This document shows, one piece after another, positions 50,141 through 64,000 of a DNA stretch of 64,000 bases. A program made the position numbers and the translations under genes. This DNA comes from Magallana gigas (Eukaryota), in the NCBI RefSeq assembly GCF_963853765.1, contig NC_088856.1, forward strand, positions 7,936,001 through 8,000,000, given 5' to 3'. The notes under the pieces are model-generated. The model was not told where the DNA came from, made no database searches, and was given only the letters and a program-made list of their open reading frames with translations. Numbering within the stretch: the first letter of the stretch is position 1; each line of letters opens with the position of its first letter.

Positions 50141-53100
50141 GTGTAGTACATTGAAGATTTCCAAGAACACGAGTAACATTTCTAAAACCAATTTATCGAG
50201 CAGACTGCTTTGAATGATTCCATATTAGGGGCAATTGTTTCAAACATATACTCTTATTACAAAGAATGTATTTTTTAAGCACTGCAAGTTGACTGTAAAT
50301 ATTTAGACACAAATTTTACGCATAATTTACACTTGCATTCATTACAATCAATCTATTTTACTAACCTTATTGTATTCGTAATGTATGTAATAGACGTGAA
50401 TAGGTTTAAGTGACGAGAAGTTAAATAATTTTACAAGAGGACGTCCATGCTTCCTTACAAAAAATGAAAAAAATACAGTTTAATTTAGGTTACAACGAAC
50501 TATTAAATCCCAAACAATCACACACTATTATTGGTAGTAGGTCGTGTTTACTTATATTTACATAACTATACAGTTGATAACGATTAATAATTGAAGAACT
50601 TTTAATTAGATCTGTACAAAGCATGCGTGATATCGGTATACCTCAGTAAAATGTAAAATTTAAAGAACTAAATATCTTTCGTATTTTAATATGTTGGTTG
50701 CAACAAAAAACCTATCAATAATTGTTTAGAATATAGGCAATAAATTCTCATTTCGTCGAAAAAGTAATTTAGCAGCCAAACATTGTAGTGACACAGTATA
50801 ATGTAGGCTCTGATAAGTATTGGTCTATTTGCGTATAATAAATCAACTTATTCGAGCAGTGACCCGAATTGCTACCTGTAAAAAGTCAATTATACAACTG
50901 CAAACAATCATTTGTTACCGTTGAATACTGATAAGATTGTCAGATTTTATTATGAAACTGCATTTTATGAAAAAATACCGAGGCTTGCGAAATTAAGTAT
51001 ACCATTAGATATCCTTACATTTGGGCAAATATTCTCTCTGACAAGTGATTTAAAATGGAGTATAAAAAAACAACTCGCTACATTTTCTGGAATTTTGAGC
51101 TTCTTGCGTCCTGATTTAATAAATGTAATATAGAAACTACTCTCCAAAGTATGAGTGTGGATGATGATTAGTTTAATTCACTATGCACTTTTTCCATAAA
51201 TGTAATCAACTATACAACTATGTCAATCTTTTAATAAACTATACTCTTTGTCAAAAAGTATAATATTCTCTGTCACTGTACGTAGTTTTCTGTCTAAAAT
51301 CAGCACACCCCAGTGAACAAATAACAAAATCTGCTTAGTGTTCTGCATTATTTTCAGAAACTAAGCTAAAGGACGGTGACAAAAAAATGTGTGTCGTAAA
51401 ATAAGATTTGACCCACCAAACAATGAGGAAACGGGAATATTCTGTGTCGCTAAAAGTTTATGACAATATATTTACAAATGTATTAATAATGTCAAACATT
51501 GTCCTTTCTTCATAGGGAACTAATATGATCAGCCATTTAAACATTTCGTGGTTGTCAAGATGTTCGTGTCTTATTTGAAGCACAGATTTTAAATAGACAG
51601 GTATCGATTTTGATATCATCGGATGAAACTGAATTTTGGTAAGATTTGTTGGCGATATTAAGTAATCTTTTTTGTTGTATTTATGTTAAATACAATTCTG
51701 AGACCTGAATTATTACTGTGTATTTTTCTGTATCATAAGCTCAAGTATTGCATCTTATCATTAAGCCTTGCCTTAAACCTAACGGGTTTTGGAGAAACGT
51801 ACACACACCATGAAATCTTCATTGACCTTCAATCAATATCTGATATTGTTAAACTATTGACTTAACCTGAAAATCATGGTTGAATTTTTATTTATGTAAT
51901 ATTTATTGAATGTTTGTGTTTTTAGAGTCTTATGAATTCTTTGTTTAGGGTTAAACAAATACACTTGAACTTTCTTATACAATGTTTTCTCTTTTTGGCA
52001 CGACACCTAGCTAGCGTTGTTTTGGTAAAGGTGATAATATACTGATTAAATGTTTAAGGTGTATTATCATTTAGCCTGAAACTTGTCCAAATTTCTAAAT
52101 GTTGACGAATCAATCTAGCTCAAACAAAAGTTAGATACTAGTATAAGTTTCAAGGTATTATATAGGGTACAGAACGAATGTAATCAAAGGTTGTCTTTCA
52201 CGTAACTTTTATTTAGATAATTATGGTTGTAATAGTTGTAAAAGTTGATTTCAAGTTAGTTAAATGTTTTAGTTGGTTCTAGACACATGTGAACAGTCTT
52301 CTACATGAAAATTGACAATAACAAACAGTCAACGTTTAAGCTGTCACGTTTAGTTTTATCATACCTAATTACTAATCAACAAAACATATAAACTATTTAT
52401 CAGCATCAAAAATATCTAACTGAAGCATTCAAAGTGTAAAATAAAATTTGAAAATTTTGAACTCACATCGTGAATATTTCATAATAAGAACATAAGAGGG
52501 AAACCACATGCGAGAAAAGCTCCCCCCCCCACCCCCCCAAAAAAAATCCACGTCGCCCTATATTTTTGCTTTGTGGATCAGTTTAACTTCCTGTTTTCAT
52601 ATACATATCTATAAAATATTTTTCTTTGGAAATTGTATTTGCATGTCAGGAAGGATATTACAAATAACAAAAATGTTGTTGACTATGCCGTTGTTATTTA
52701 TTTTTCAAGACATTCGGTAGTGTTTATATGTTGTCCTTGAATGTCTTCCCACGCCTATTACACAGAATATTAAAAATTGCCGTATAGATTTATGTCTATA
52801 TGAGGTTAATTATTGGGATTGAATAGTGCAATGCGAATTCCTCCAAGAGGATTTATACCGTGTAAATTAATTAATTAATTATTATTCATGCGTTGAATAT
52901 TCACATGTTCCCCATATTATCGGGAAGTCTACTCTAGCTCTAGCAATTTTTTTCTATCATAAATATTAAATCTATTGTTTAAATCGTGAAATTTAAAAAC
53001 TCTTAACCTCCTGGTTTGGTCCGGGGTTGATATCAAAGTCAAAGGGTTTTTATTTCTTTCACTTTCTCTCATAATTTGATTAGCATTGGTAAATATTGAC

Positions 53101-53609
53101 TTAGAAAAATTAATTTCGAATGTATTAAAACTAATAACTGCTGAAATTTATCTTTTGATACCCTGTCAATTTAAAAAAAAAAAAAAACCTTGGTCCTGCG
53201 AGTAAATGAGCTAGTTATACCATTTTCTTTAGATTTGAACATGGTCTACAAAATTGTAGAAGGATGCTGTTGTTTGTCCCACTCTAGAATTTTATCCGTT
53301 TAAACTCATACACTCACACTTTTTCAATTCATAAACGTCACATATAATATTGATTTTTAATAAAAACACAAAACAAAAGAATGTTGTAACTTAGTAACTA
53401 CAACTGCATGAAAATAAAATGTTGCGCAAAGTTATTTGCCCTGGAACTTCTTACTCGGCCTCTTTCAGCTAAATATTTTGGTCATATAAGATATAGGTAT
53501 AGGTATATGCATCCAGCATTTCTGCGAAAGCCTTTATATATATCTTATTTTTAAATTTTAAAAATCGTATGTTCTAATGCACTAACAATAAATATTTATC
53601 ACTCTAGGT

Positions 53610-55874
53610 ATGGATTTGGTTCGTAATCTTCTGAGCAGTTTCTGTGTCCTGACATTACTGTTGATATACACAGACTGTTGCGAAGACCAAAATGCTTGCA
53701 ACTGTACTGTGGTTCAGGGAACTTTTTTCGCAGACTGCTCCAACCTAGGTCTCAACAAATCGCCTGTGTTTTGGCCGAACGTGACCAACATCAATCTTAG
53801 CCACAATAAATTAACATACTTACCTCTAGAGTCAACTCTTCCTTCTAATTTAACTTTTTTGGATCTTTCGTACAATGAAATAAAGCATATTTTAAACAAA
53901 ACATTCAAGGGACTATGGAAGCTTTCTGATCTTCGATTGAATGGTAATAAACTTGGAGTGCCTGTAAATCTAGATAGGAACGCTTTTGCAGACTTAGAGA
54001 ACATAAAGCACCTGGATTTGTCTAACAATCCCGAACTCACTTTCCGGATAATGCCGATCTTAACATACGGGTTAAGAAACTCTCCAATTGAAATTCTTCG
54101 CTTAAATAAAATCCATTGTACATTTGGGCCGAGTACAGAACTCAGGGTAGATGATTTGAGATATCTTAAAAACACCAGCCTAAAAGAACTCCATATATCG
54201 AGCAATAGGCTAGAAATAGTCGAAGAAAGAGCTGTAGGCTATTTGCCTCAAACAATTAAAAGAGTGTCGATTGCCGATAACAACCTCACATTTGGATTGT
54301 ATCTTTTGGAACTCTTCTTTCTAAAAAATCTAGAATGGATCAACGCCTCTATGCAGCATATGTCCCACAATCCTCGAGAAGTTTTGAAGTCGTTCTTCTT
54401 CTTTTCGTGCAATAACAAGAGAAGAGACAATTCAGAAGAATCGACTTCTGAAACAGCAAACAAGCCCTTGAGATATTTAACCAATTTTCAGAAACAAGAA
54501 TTTTCTTCCTCAAGAATGAATTATACTTTTCCAGTCCCATATAATTTGAAAACATTGTTCATGAATGAGAGTGGACTTGGATATTCTATTCCAGAGATAA
54601 GATTTACAAGAAATAATATAGAAAATTTATATACGCAAGGTAACAGTCTACGGTCTTGGATCGGTCCAGTAAGGTCTCTAGAAAATCTTAAAAGATTAGA
54701 TATGTCGAACAACTTTTGCACTTCTGTGTCAGATTACTTTTTTCAACATTTAAATTCAATTGTCGAATTATATTTGAACAATAATTTGTTGGGATTTAGT
54801 CTTGCCTCAGATAGAGAGGGGAAAATCTTCAGATATCTGAACACCTTGAGTCATTTGGAACTGAAAGGAAACAAAATTGCAAGTCTACCGACAGCTGTTT
54901 TTGTAAATCTTACAAATCTTAAATATTTAGACTTGAGCAATAATCTATTGACCTCCATTGACTTTAACATTAGTCATTTGAAATCGTTGACCTATTTGAA
55001 TCTATCATCCAATCAAATCCAATATCTATCTGATTCAACAATGGATGCTTTCGACCAGCATTCGAATCAAGCACCTATAACGTTAAGCTTTTCGAACAAT
55101 CCATTTCTGTGCGAATGCAAAACCCTCAAGTTTTTGCACTGGATGGATCAAGAAAAGAACTCTAGTAAAATTCACTTGAACAATTTTAATGAATACACAT
55201 GCAGGAAAGAAGGAAAGCTCATAAAATTTGTTGACATTCAACAACATATCAAAGAACTGGAAAAGGAGTGTGCCTCTTACAGAACTCTGATATTTGTTGT
55301 GACATCCTGTATCCTTCTCTTCCTCTTCATTCTGACAACAGGATTAGTTTACAGGTATAGGTGGAGATTGCGATATTTCTACTACATGACAAAAAGTCGA
55401 TATCACGGATATAAGTCTGTGCGAGGTGAGGACGAGCAAACGGATTTCAAATATGATGCATTTGTTTCCTACGCCGATAAAGATTTAAGGTTCGTTCAGC
55501 AAATGACATCTAAGTTGGAGGGAGAGAAGGGTATCCGTTTGTGTATCCATCACCGTGATTTTGTTCCTGGGTACGATATTGCTGAGAACATAATCACCGC
55601 CATTAACAAAAGCAGGAAAACGATTCTTATCTTATCACCTAATTTCATCGAATCTGAGTGGTGTATGTATGAACTACATATTGCCAAAATGGAAGAGATA
55701 TACAATAGAGACAATGAGAACGTCTTATTCCTGATTTGCTACGAGGAAATTCCTGCACCGAAGATTCCGCTTTCCATCATGGACGTCATTCATCAAAAGT
55801 CGTACCTAGAGTTTCCTAATGATGAGTATGGTAACACAGTGTTTTGGGATAAACTTCATGCGGCTATTGTATAG
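53610..55874 (+). CDS. Toll-like receptor copy 2, intact single-cysteine-cluster TLR, 754 aa
   Basis: Signal peptide [23 protein letters not shown]; LRRNT (CNC...ADCSNLGL); LxxLxLxxN repeats; LRRCT (NPFLCEC...C...C); TM ([23 protein letters not shown]); TIR with YDAFVSY, RDFVPG BB-loop and FW box 3. Single coding exon after the tag|gtATG acceptor; upstream donor at about 51639. Confidence 0.95.
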   Translation: MDLVRNLLSSFCVLTLLLIYTDCCEDQNACNCTVVQGTFFADCSNLGLNKSPVFWPNVTNINLSHNKLTYLPLESTLPSNLTFLDLSYNEIKHILNKTFKGLWKLSDLRLNGNKLGVPVNLDRNAFADLENIKHLDLSNNPELTFRIMPILTYGLRNSPIEILRLNKIHCTFGPSTELRVDDLRYLKNTSLKELHISSNRLEIVEERAVGYLPQTIKRVSIADNNLTFGLYLLELFFLKNLEWINASMQHMSHNPREVLKSFFFFSCNNKRRDNSEESTSETANKPLRYLTNFQKQEFSSSRMNYTFPVPYNLKTLFMNESGLGYSIPEIRFTRNNIENLYTQGNSLRSWIGPVRSLENLKRLDMSNNFCTSVSDYFFQHLNSIVELYLNNNLLGFSLASDREGKIFRYLNTLSHLELKGNKIASLPTAVFVNLTNLKYLDLSNNLLTSIDFNISHLKSLTYLNLSSNQIQYLSDSTMDAFDQHSNQAPITLSFSNNPFLCECKTLKFLHWMDQEKNSSKIHLNNFNEYTCRKEGKLIKFVDIQQHIKELEKECASYRTLIFVVTSCILLFLFILTTGLVYRYRWRLRYFYYMTKSRYHGYKSVRGEDEQTDFKYDAFVSYADKDLRFVQQMTSKLEGEKGIRLCIHHRDFVPGYDIAENIITAINKSRKTILILSPNFIESEWCMYELHIAKMEEIYNRDNENVLFLICYEEIPAPKIPLSIMDVIHQKSYLEFPNDEYGNTVFWDKLHAAIV

Positions 55875-58800
55875 TTGTTCAGCGCTGACAATTCTTTTTA
55901 TAGTGAGAATACATTTAATGAAACTAGAAAAATCCTATTTGACTTTATCAGCCTTCAATATGAATGGTAAATAAGTATGAATGTGTTGATAAGTAAAAAC
56001 ATAAAACAGGAAACACAATAATTAATCCATGTTTTATTCTATGTGTGATAATGATCTTGCTTTTATTTAATCTCTGTAGTTCCATTAAATCATAGGCAAA
56101 TGTGAATACACGAACTTTGTTAGGTAGTTTTTATTTATCAATTATGTCATCAAATTATGTATAATTTTGTTCCCGGGTTTAAGTACGTATCCTCGTGTAG
56201 AGGTGTATGAATTATATGTAAACTTTCGCTTTTTTTAAAAGAAGTAAAATTGTCTATTCTCCTTGTTCCTAATGTTCTTGAACCTGCTATAATGTTCATG
56301 AATAATAGTTAAAGCTCTTTTATAGAAGTAAAAATATTTCATGTCTTTTCATGATTCGCACTGATGCAGGTTGATTTGAAAATATTTTGAATTTGTTTTA
56401 AGTTTTAATTTTTGAAATCTGTTACAAAAATCAGTGTTTTGGGAGGGTGGTAAACGGGGAACAAGACGTTGCAGTGAAAAAGTATTTGTCAATGATTTTT
56501 GTTGTTTCTTTTAACACATCAATATCAAGACGTCGATTTCAACATGTTTAATTTTTGTGACTACTTTCTTATCCTGCAAGAAAGATATTTTGATAGAAAT
56601 TGACCCCTGTTCTGTCATTATGATTTTTTTTATTTATATTTTCTGCAATAATAAGTTCATTTAATTTATTCGCAAATTTTTGTTTAATAATTTTATAAAC
56701 AGAAATAAATTTAAAAATCATTTACAGCTTTGGCTTTTTACATAGCAATATCATAATTTGTCAAAAGAATTGCCTAAATCAGGACTTTAAATTTTGAAGT
56801 ATTTTGTTCTAAATTTGAGCAAAATGTGATGGGACATATAAACCTCGATGGAATTTTCTTCGAATTGTCATATATCAATCCTATCATTGGCTTTATTACA
56901 TATTAAAATTTCATGTCAACATTCTCGGTATTCAAGAAAAATACTAAAAAAAGGAATCACCTTTACCACTTATTCTGGAATCCAGACTTTTAGTGACAAC
57001 TTCTGATTGAACCAACAAAAAAGTAATAACTTTTATCCCAGTTTACTATATATTCTAAAATAACTGTCATGTGATCAATAAAAGCCACGTGATCAACGCC
57101 CTGTCTCCCCTTAAGGTTTGATAAAGTTTTTCCAAGCGAAGAAAGGGTCGAGGTTTCGGGGTTTGTGCTGGAGGGTTTTTATCTTTTTTTGTGCAATTCA
57201 CTTCATTTTTAAAATACAAATTATGAAAAACGGGATTCAATAATTTTTTCTTCATTCTTTATTGTCACATACATGTATATTTTGCTAAAATATTTGATCT
57301 AAGCTTTGCAAAGACATTTTTAAAATCCTGTAAAGCAAGTGCAATATATCTTTTCATTAATGGCATATATAAAATAACAGCGATTTAAATTAATTAAAGA
57401 AACGTCAAAACATTTTAACTGTATATCTGCGCGTCCTAAATATGATTGACAATTTTTGGCATAGTTATTAGTCTTTTTATCGCTTAAAAAGAAAAATACC
57501 TAACATGGTCAAAATTGATCACAATGATAAAAAATCAGTGCCGTTGGAACATAGATGTCTGGATTGTACCAGACATTATACTTTATTTTAAATTTGCTGT
57601 TTATTTTGTCCTCGAGAGGGTTTTTTTTTTAAACATATCAAGCAATTCAAAGGAAACGGTATTTCAATATAATGTTTCTAGTTTAGAAATATAACGTCAT
57701 TTCCACCTGCAATTTAAAACAACCCGAAGGGTCTAAGCGAAATTCAACTTATTCGTGTTTGTCATATTTAGCACAGGTCTCGGGGCGCAACTAGGGGTCA
57801 AGCTTTATGCATCGTTCAAAACTTTTTGAAAGTTAGGTCATCTCGACGACAGGACAAATAAATGTGCTTATTTCATACAGTAAATATGGTGTAAAACCTT
57901 AGACGTTTTGTTGAGTGTATAGTATTAAATGAAGTACACACACATATTCACTGTTTATATCATTCAGAGGTTGGCAGGTCAATGACTCTTGACGAAGACA
58001 TATAAGCTTCAACAGTTTGTATGCATACCCTTTAAAGTCTTTAAATTTCTTATCTAAGATTTAGTTTTACATGAAGCTCAAAGGTAACGTCATTTGTTAT
58101 ACAATGTATTTATGAGTTTTCATATACTTTTTGCTAAGTTGGTACAAATCAGTATATTAAACATAAATTAGATTTCAAAATATAGCCATTGTTTCGCAGA
58201 CTCAAGGTATTTATAAAGTCTATGTCATATCAAGAGTCTCTTGATATGCTATTTCATCTAGCTAGTTCACGACTGTCGGTGTTAATTTCAGTTTTAGTAA
58301 AGCTGAAAAGAGAAATGACAAAACATTTCTTATTGCATATGCATGCAATTAATGAGAGTAGCGCTAATGCGTAGATGATTTTAAGTATCTCTTCATAAGA
58401 AAATATAAAGCCTATTAATTGCAGCAAAAGCCAGTCATATTCCTCTTCGTCCTTTGAATGTTTATTAAAGCAACTTTAAAACTTTGCTACTGGTGCATGT
58501 TAGAGGTAGAAGGAATGGAAGATGCGGGAGGGGGGGGGGGGGGTTAGAGTTTGGTATAAAGTGTAAGTTTGAATGATTGGGGTAATGGGAGGAGTAGTGG
58601 AATGGGAGTAAGAATAATAATTTCGGGAGTTAACTATGTATTGAGGCAATGAAAAATTATTAAATTATTGACTGCAATAAAGATATTCATGTATTACTAT
58701 CATGAGAATGATCTATAAGGTTTTAAAAAATAGAAAGAAAGGTATACATTTAATTTAAGGATATCTATGGATTTGTGTTAAAGTGTGGGTGTAGCCAAGC

Positions 58801-59970
58801 ATAGAAAGTTCATGCGGATTATTGCAACAAGTAGATGTGGAGGATTGAAGAGACTCTTGTTTCAAGTATCAGCTAGTTCAAGACTTTTTTCAGCAAAACA
58901 TGTGAAGTGAAAAAACACGGAAGGTAATTCTACACTCCTTCATAATTTTTACTTGCTAAGTATGGAATGCATGGAATTAAGAGAATAGAAGAAAGTTTAT
59001 TTACGCATTTATAAATAAGAAGACAAATAAGCAAGTGAATGCATTTAAAGTCAGTCCTGGATATCTATCCCAACGAGATATACTATCTGTCGATTGTGCA
59101 GCTATGCTTATCATCTATTGCCACACTGTGTGCTGAGGTAAGCTTTGATAGCCTTTTATGGGATTTATGTGTACAAATCGCATGTTTAATATCAATTTGG
59201 TTTTGGCGATTGTTACAACAATGTTCGAAACAACAGGATTTATCATACTAGTATTTTGTGCAAAATGCAAAAACTTAAAAAAAAACCCCTAAAACACCAA
59301 AAATAATAACAACAACCCCCTCCAAAAGAACGCACCCCCAAATAAAACAACAGTTTACTACAAATAAATTCTTTCTGAAAGTGTCATGTATAATCCATTG
59401 TATATCTAAAAAAGCTGTTCTTTACCATTAAATCAAGTAAGTGGAAATACAACAACGTTTATGTGTATTTTACTTCAGTGAGGTTTTACATTAAATACAA
59501 ACAAGTAAAACTTTCTCAATTGATAAAAACTGTAAAGCAATGATACTTTTCTATTTACTTTCTTGATACTCGTAACAACTAAATAAAGATATTTAAAAAG
59601 CATATTATGTATCTTTTTTTAAAATAGCATCTATTGTTTGACAGCCAAAAAAACCCCACATGTTAAGGACAAAAGTAAAAAGCTATCCCTTCTGTAAGGG
59701 AAAAAACTGAGCGACTGGACATTGGACAGAGATTAATACTTGCTTTCATCATAGAATTAACAGTTTGAGTATGATATCTGACTCAAAAATTACAACCCTC
59801 GTTTAAGAATGCCAAGTATCGATAACCCGTTGACATTGCTGAATGTGTGTATTTTTTTTTTAATTTTTCACAACCAAAACCAGCCTTGTGTAGTTTTTTT
59901 TCTTTTCTTAACTTGTTGGACAGTTTCATATATGCTGAAGGGTTAATTGGTGATGCCCCACCCCCCCCCC

Positions 59971-60276
59971 CCCAAAAAAAAATACAGAATGCAAGTACTG
60001 ATACTTATTTAAGTAGAATGATGTGAATTTAGAGTAGAATTGTTAACCCTGTGATTTTTGGAAATAGATTTCAGATTTATTTTAGGACATATCTTAATCC
60101 TAAGACAATTTCTCGAAACAGCCCAAAAAAAAAATACAGAATGCAAATACTGATACTTATTTAAGTAGAATAATGTGAATTAAGAGTAGAATTGTTAACC
60201 CTGTGATTTTTGGAAATAGATTTCAGATTTATTTTAGGACATATCTTAATCCTAAGACAATTTCTCGAAACAGCCC
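59971..60276 (+). repeat. Near-perfect direct tandem duplication, period 152 bp
   Basis: ccc(a)n tacagaatgcaa.tactgatac...tttctcgaaacagccc occurs twice with about 3 substitutions. Confidence 0.9.
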
Positions 60277-61569
60277 CAATTAACCGACACCCCTTATAAA
60301 TCATCTTAACCATAAGACATCCAAAGAGCTGTATTTTCCTAAGTAACCTTAACAGTAAACATATACTGAGTTGGTTGTGAACACCCCCTTCTGAAGGGTA
60401 GAGGATAACGATATCTACATCATGTCATAGTGCTTTAAGATATAAATAAGCATACAGGCTAAATATATACACCCACGTGAATTTGATATGTGAAGATATA
60501 ATATTTCTGAATTGTATGCCTTAATTTACCCCTCTGTACCTTTTTATACTCTTAATCTGAGTCTTAAAAATAATACAATTCATACGTGGATGATTTATTT
60601 ACGAGCGTTTACTACTTATCTGTGCTGATCGGAGGGGAGAGGGTGGAGAGATATTTTAGTTTGTGGAAGGGGAAGTCCGAGGCCTAATTTTAGTACTTTT
60701 TTACCGTATAGCTGTTTTTGGGGCGAAAATTTAATTTTGGTATATTTTGGCGATTTTTGAAACTTCATCAAAAATCTAAATCACCTAATTTAAATATTTT
60801 GTAGATTTATTGACAAATATGTATTATTAAGAGATTTTTTTTCATTTAATTTTATTCGGTATACATGATAAAAGGGACAACTGTTACATGCACACAGTAT
60901 AATTATAAGTTAGATAGTGCTGTTTTAGGAGAGATGTGATCTATCAACTTAGGTGCAAATAAATGCCTGATTAACGACGGCTTCTTTACTAACAGTGAAA
61001 ATAAAATTGAATGTTAATATAAGTTATTCTTTTTTAATGCGTATTTTTAATACAATTAGTTACATTTACTTCTGTTAAAAGTATTCAAGTGAGTGAAACC
61101 AGGGACTAACATCAAATTTTACCACCTTTAAATGGTGACATGGGATTTTGCTTAACTACATTAACTTCACAGCTATTAAAAATAAACTGAAAGTAAATTT
61201 TTAAATGAAGGTTAAATGATTCACCAAAATTATATACGTCAAAACAAATGGTATACCTTGTAGACCCAAATCCGCCACATTTGTCAAATATGTAAAATAG
61301 ACCTCCTTCAGTGTTTGTTACCAAATACAAACCAGCTGTAAAAAGACTCGGGAGAATACTGCGCAAAAGATTGGGATAAAAAAAAAGATAAACATTGCTC
61401 CTTAATTTTCCCGTCACCTCCTATGGTTTGGATATAAGCGACACAGTAATCTAAACGAGCTCTTAAACTCGTCAGAGAGTCATATTAATTTGCACTTAAA
61501 ACAAGCATTTAAAGTTAAGGAGCTTCATACCAAACATATATGAAACAAACAATATATTCTTACACCAAG

Positions 61570-64000
61570 AGCGTTTACTGCTCCGCGAGTGCACCGATGT
61601 GACGTATCGCCCCGCCTGCATATGGCAATTCTATAAAGGCTGCATAGATCAACTATTGGCACAAAACAAGACGAGCAAATACTCAACTAACTCGCATATT
61701 AAAGAATATTATCTCTCTAAGACAAAATATATTGTATTACTCATTGTCTTGAATCCGTTAATAAAAAGCATACAGCTTTGGATTCACATATCCTTTTATA
61801 TTGCATTACTTGATAATGCATAAAACATTTTGTTCAGTTTCTTTACCGATCGGTTCGGACTGACATAAATTTTGTTATGTATATTGAAAAAAGAAACCTG
61901 GGTTGGGCCTTTGATAAAGGACAGACCCTGGAATATCTCCTAACTGGCCCGAAACACTAATTAAGATTACATATCCTCAGCCTAATCACTCTGAACACTG
62001 CAGTCCCTTGTTAAGTGTTGGGATTATATTAAATAACATAAGTTTACAATAAGTAATATGTTTATTATTCAATTAATGACCGACCCCCTTTTCATTCCCA
62101 CCACTCATAAAGAAAAGAATATTACTTCTTTATTTGTTCATACATGAAAATCTCATTAAATAAATGATAATACTCAGTATTAATGTCCAAGAGTCACACG
62201 CCCGGTCGTAATTGTGAAAATCAACAAGAGTCATTTTTAGTAGCTTCTGCCTTGTTGGCCCTTTTCGCTTTTGCCAAAGTTAAGGCAGTTTCCGTAGCGT
62301 CTATGATCTTTGTTGCCCTGCAAAAGTAATCCGCTGTTTTTGAGTCTGACCATCCTACATGTGACATCAGCTGTCAAGAATCAACATCGACAATGCTAAC
62401 GTCACTAAACATCCTGCACTTAAACTGCGCGGAGTCTCTCCATCCTCTAGCCCTAATGTCCTCATAAAATATTTTAGCCTCTCAAAAATGGATGAATAAG
62501 TAATGGGGGTATCCACACTAGGCCATTTTCTGAAACCGTTCGAAAGTGTGCCTTATCATCAAGAAGGAATTTTATATCATGCGTAAGAAAATTCGATAAA
62601 TCAGACGCTCTATCGCTGCAAAGAACTGTAGCTTTAACATTGCCTGATCTCGAAGCAGTGTATCTTCTCCCTAGGCGTCAGGAAATCTTTAAAATTCCGT
62701 ATATAAGCCTATCTCGAGTTTAGCTTTCAAACGAGCATTGGTTTTGCTTGTTTTGATAAGATTCTGGCCAATGCTTGTTCTTCTCTCACGATTTTTAGAT
62801 GTTGTTTTACCAGTAACGAATAGGCTGCGTCGCCCTCTTGAGTACCTTCATTCCATGATTCCCCTTTTCCCTCTGCCATTAGAACATGCTTCAAATTTGT
62901 AATCATACCTGCAAGGGTATTGATGACTATTCCTTTCTACATTCACGTTTTTTTTCCAACTTCACCTATAAATTTGCATTCAAAGGAATGGATCTGCGTT
63001 TAACCTGATGAGTCGCACCAAATTAAAAAACCGACGCAGGTCTGTCGGTGTAACATCTTTAATTTTAGGTTGATGGGGAAGTTTAGAAAGGACTTGTACA
63101 CTTGTTGTAAGTTATGGATTTCATTATCTTCTGATCCAGTTGATGTAATCTATTATTTATGCCAGGTGGTTTATTGCATCAGTACACTCATCATTCGGTA
63201 AAGAAAGATGTCATTGTTTTCACATGATATCAATGGTATATTGTATCGGTAGGAGGACGCATCCGTCGCCAGGTATAGTGATAATGAGGCTCTGGTTTCG
63301 ACCATTCCAATCGTCTACAAATCTCCAGTGTTCTATTTCTGTGCGCAATTCTAGTGAGATTTGATTTTTTTTACAAACTGAGATCGCTCGATTGATTTCG
63401 CGTGTGTAGAGCTTTGATGCAGGGATGGCTAAGTGCGTTAATATGCATTTTTCCGCAAATCGTTGAAGGGTAATATTCTTTTCTTTCCCGTAGGCTACAT
63501 GTTTGCTTGTTTCTCAGAGTCAATAATTAATTCTAAATATTTTACACTCGTTGACGGAATCAATTGGCATTTTTATAGAGCCAACGTATACCCTAGTCTT
63601 TTAAGAAATTGCAGAAGGATGTATACATGCTCGTGGTTCCCCCTAGAAAGGTTAGAGGCATTGTCATGAGGGCGAAATATCAGGAGGCGGTCGTCAATAT
63701 ATTGAATGTTATCTATGTTCAGGTGCCTTAGATAAGTTGTTACTTGCATTTCAATTGTTTGATAAATGAATGGGGATATCTTCCACCCGAATGGAAGTGT
63801 AGTAAATGTAAAAACCCAGCATTCAAATTGTAAGCCAAAATATGTCTGGGACGTAAGTATCCCGACTTCTCGTTACAAAGATCATGCTAGCGCTCAGATC
63901 CACCATGTGATGAACATCCTTTAATTTGTCCAACTTGAAAGGCGTGTCTTTCATCCACAAATTTAAATATCGTTCGTCAGGACAAAGACGGGGTTTTGTA
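61570..64000 (-). mobile_element. Decayed DIRS/Ngaro-group tyrosine-recombinase retrotransposon (RT-RNaseH-YR), continues beyond the window
   Basis: Minus strand: YLNLWMKDTPFKLD; TLPFGWKISPFIYQ (about 63770-63800); QYIDDRLL (about 63690); RNase H LATDASSY (about 63250-63275); YR remnants GETPRSLSAGCLVTLALS (about 62390-62445) and MSHVGWSDSKTADYF (about 62330-62370). Many frameshifts and stops. The left boundary is approximate. Confidence 0.85.

Larger units (their letters stand above)
36650..57170 (+). repeat. Tandem segmental duplication containing the two TLR units
   Basis: Collinear homologous anchors: 36655/45390, 38760/48530, 39290/51639, 40805/53610, 43041/55874, 44860/56240, 45000/57130. 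Confidence 0.75.

Overview
AT-rich, intron-rich animal genomic DNA. The repeat types (Helentron-like element with a satellite array, CR1-type LINE ends) and the gene content fit an ostreid bivalve (Crassostrea/Magallana-like); this is an inference. All exon structures were spliced by hand from GT-AG sites and phase continuity. Genes from 5' to 3': the 3' two-thirds of exportin-T (18 exons, +); a divergent Q50 PRD-class homeobox gene (5 coding exons, -); an unrecognised 195-aa five-exon gene lying head-to-head with it (+); a secreted protein with three WAP domains and a long basic/PTS spacer (+); an 8-exon TraB/TRABD-family gene whose putative metal-site residues are largely replaced (-); and two tandem single-coding-exon Toll-like receptors about 94% identical in amino acids (+). 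The first TLR has a 28-bp frameshifting deletion in its signal peptide but is otherwise intact. The intergenic DNA holds MITEs, CR1-type LINE 3' ends, long palindromic elements with GCGAAGC-type hairpin tips, a Helentron insertion whose empty site is visible in the paralogous TLR unit, a dimeric 90-bp purine-rich minisatellite, and a decayed DIRS-group tyrosine-recombinase retrotransposon that runs off the right end. No database searches were run; family assignments rest on motifs recalled from memory.
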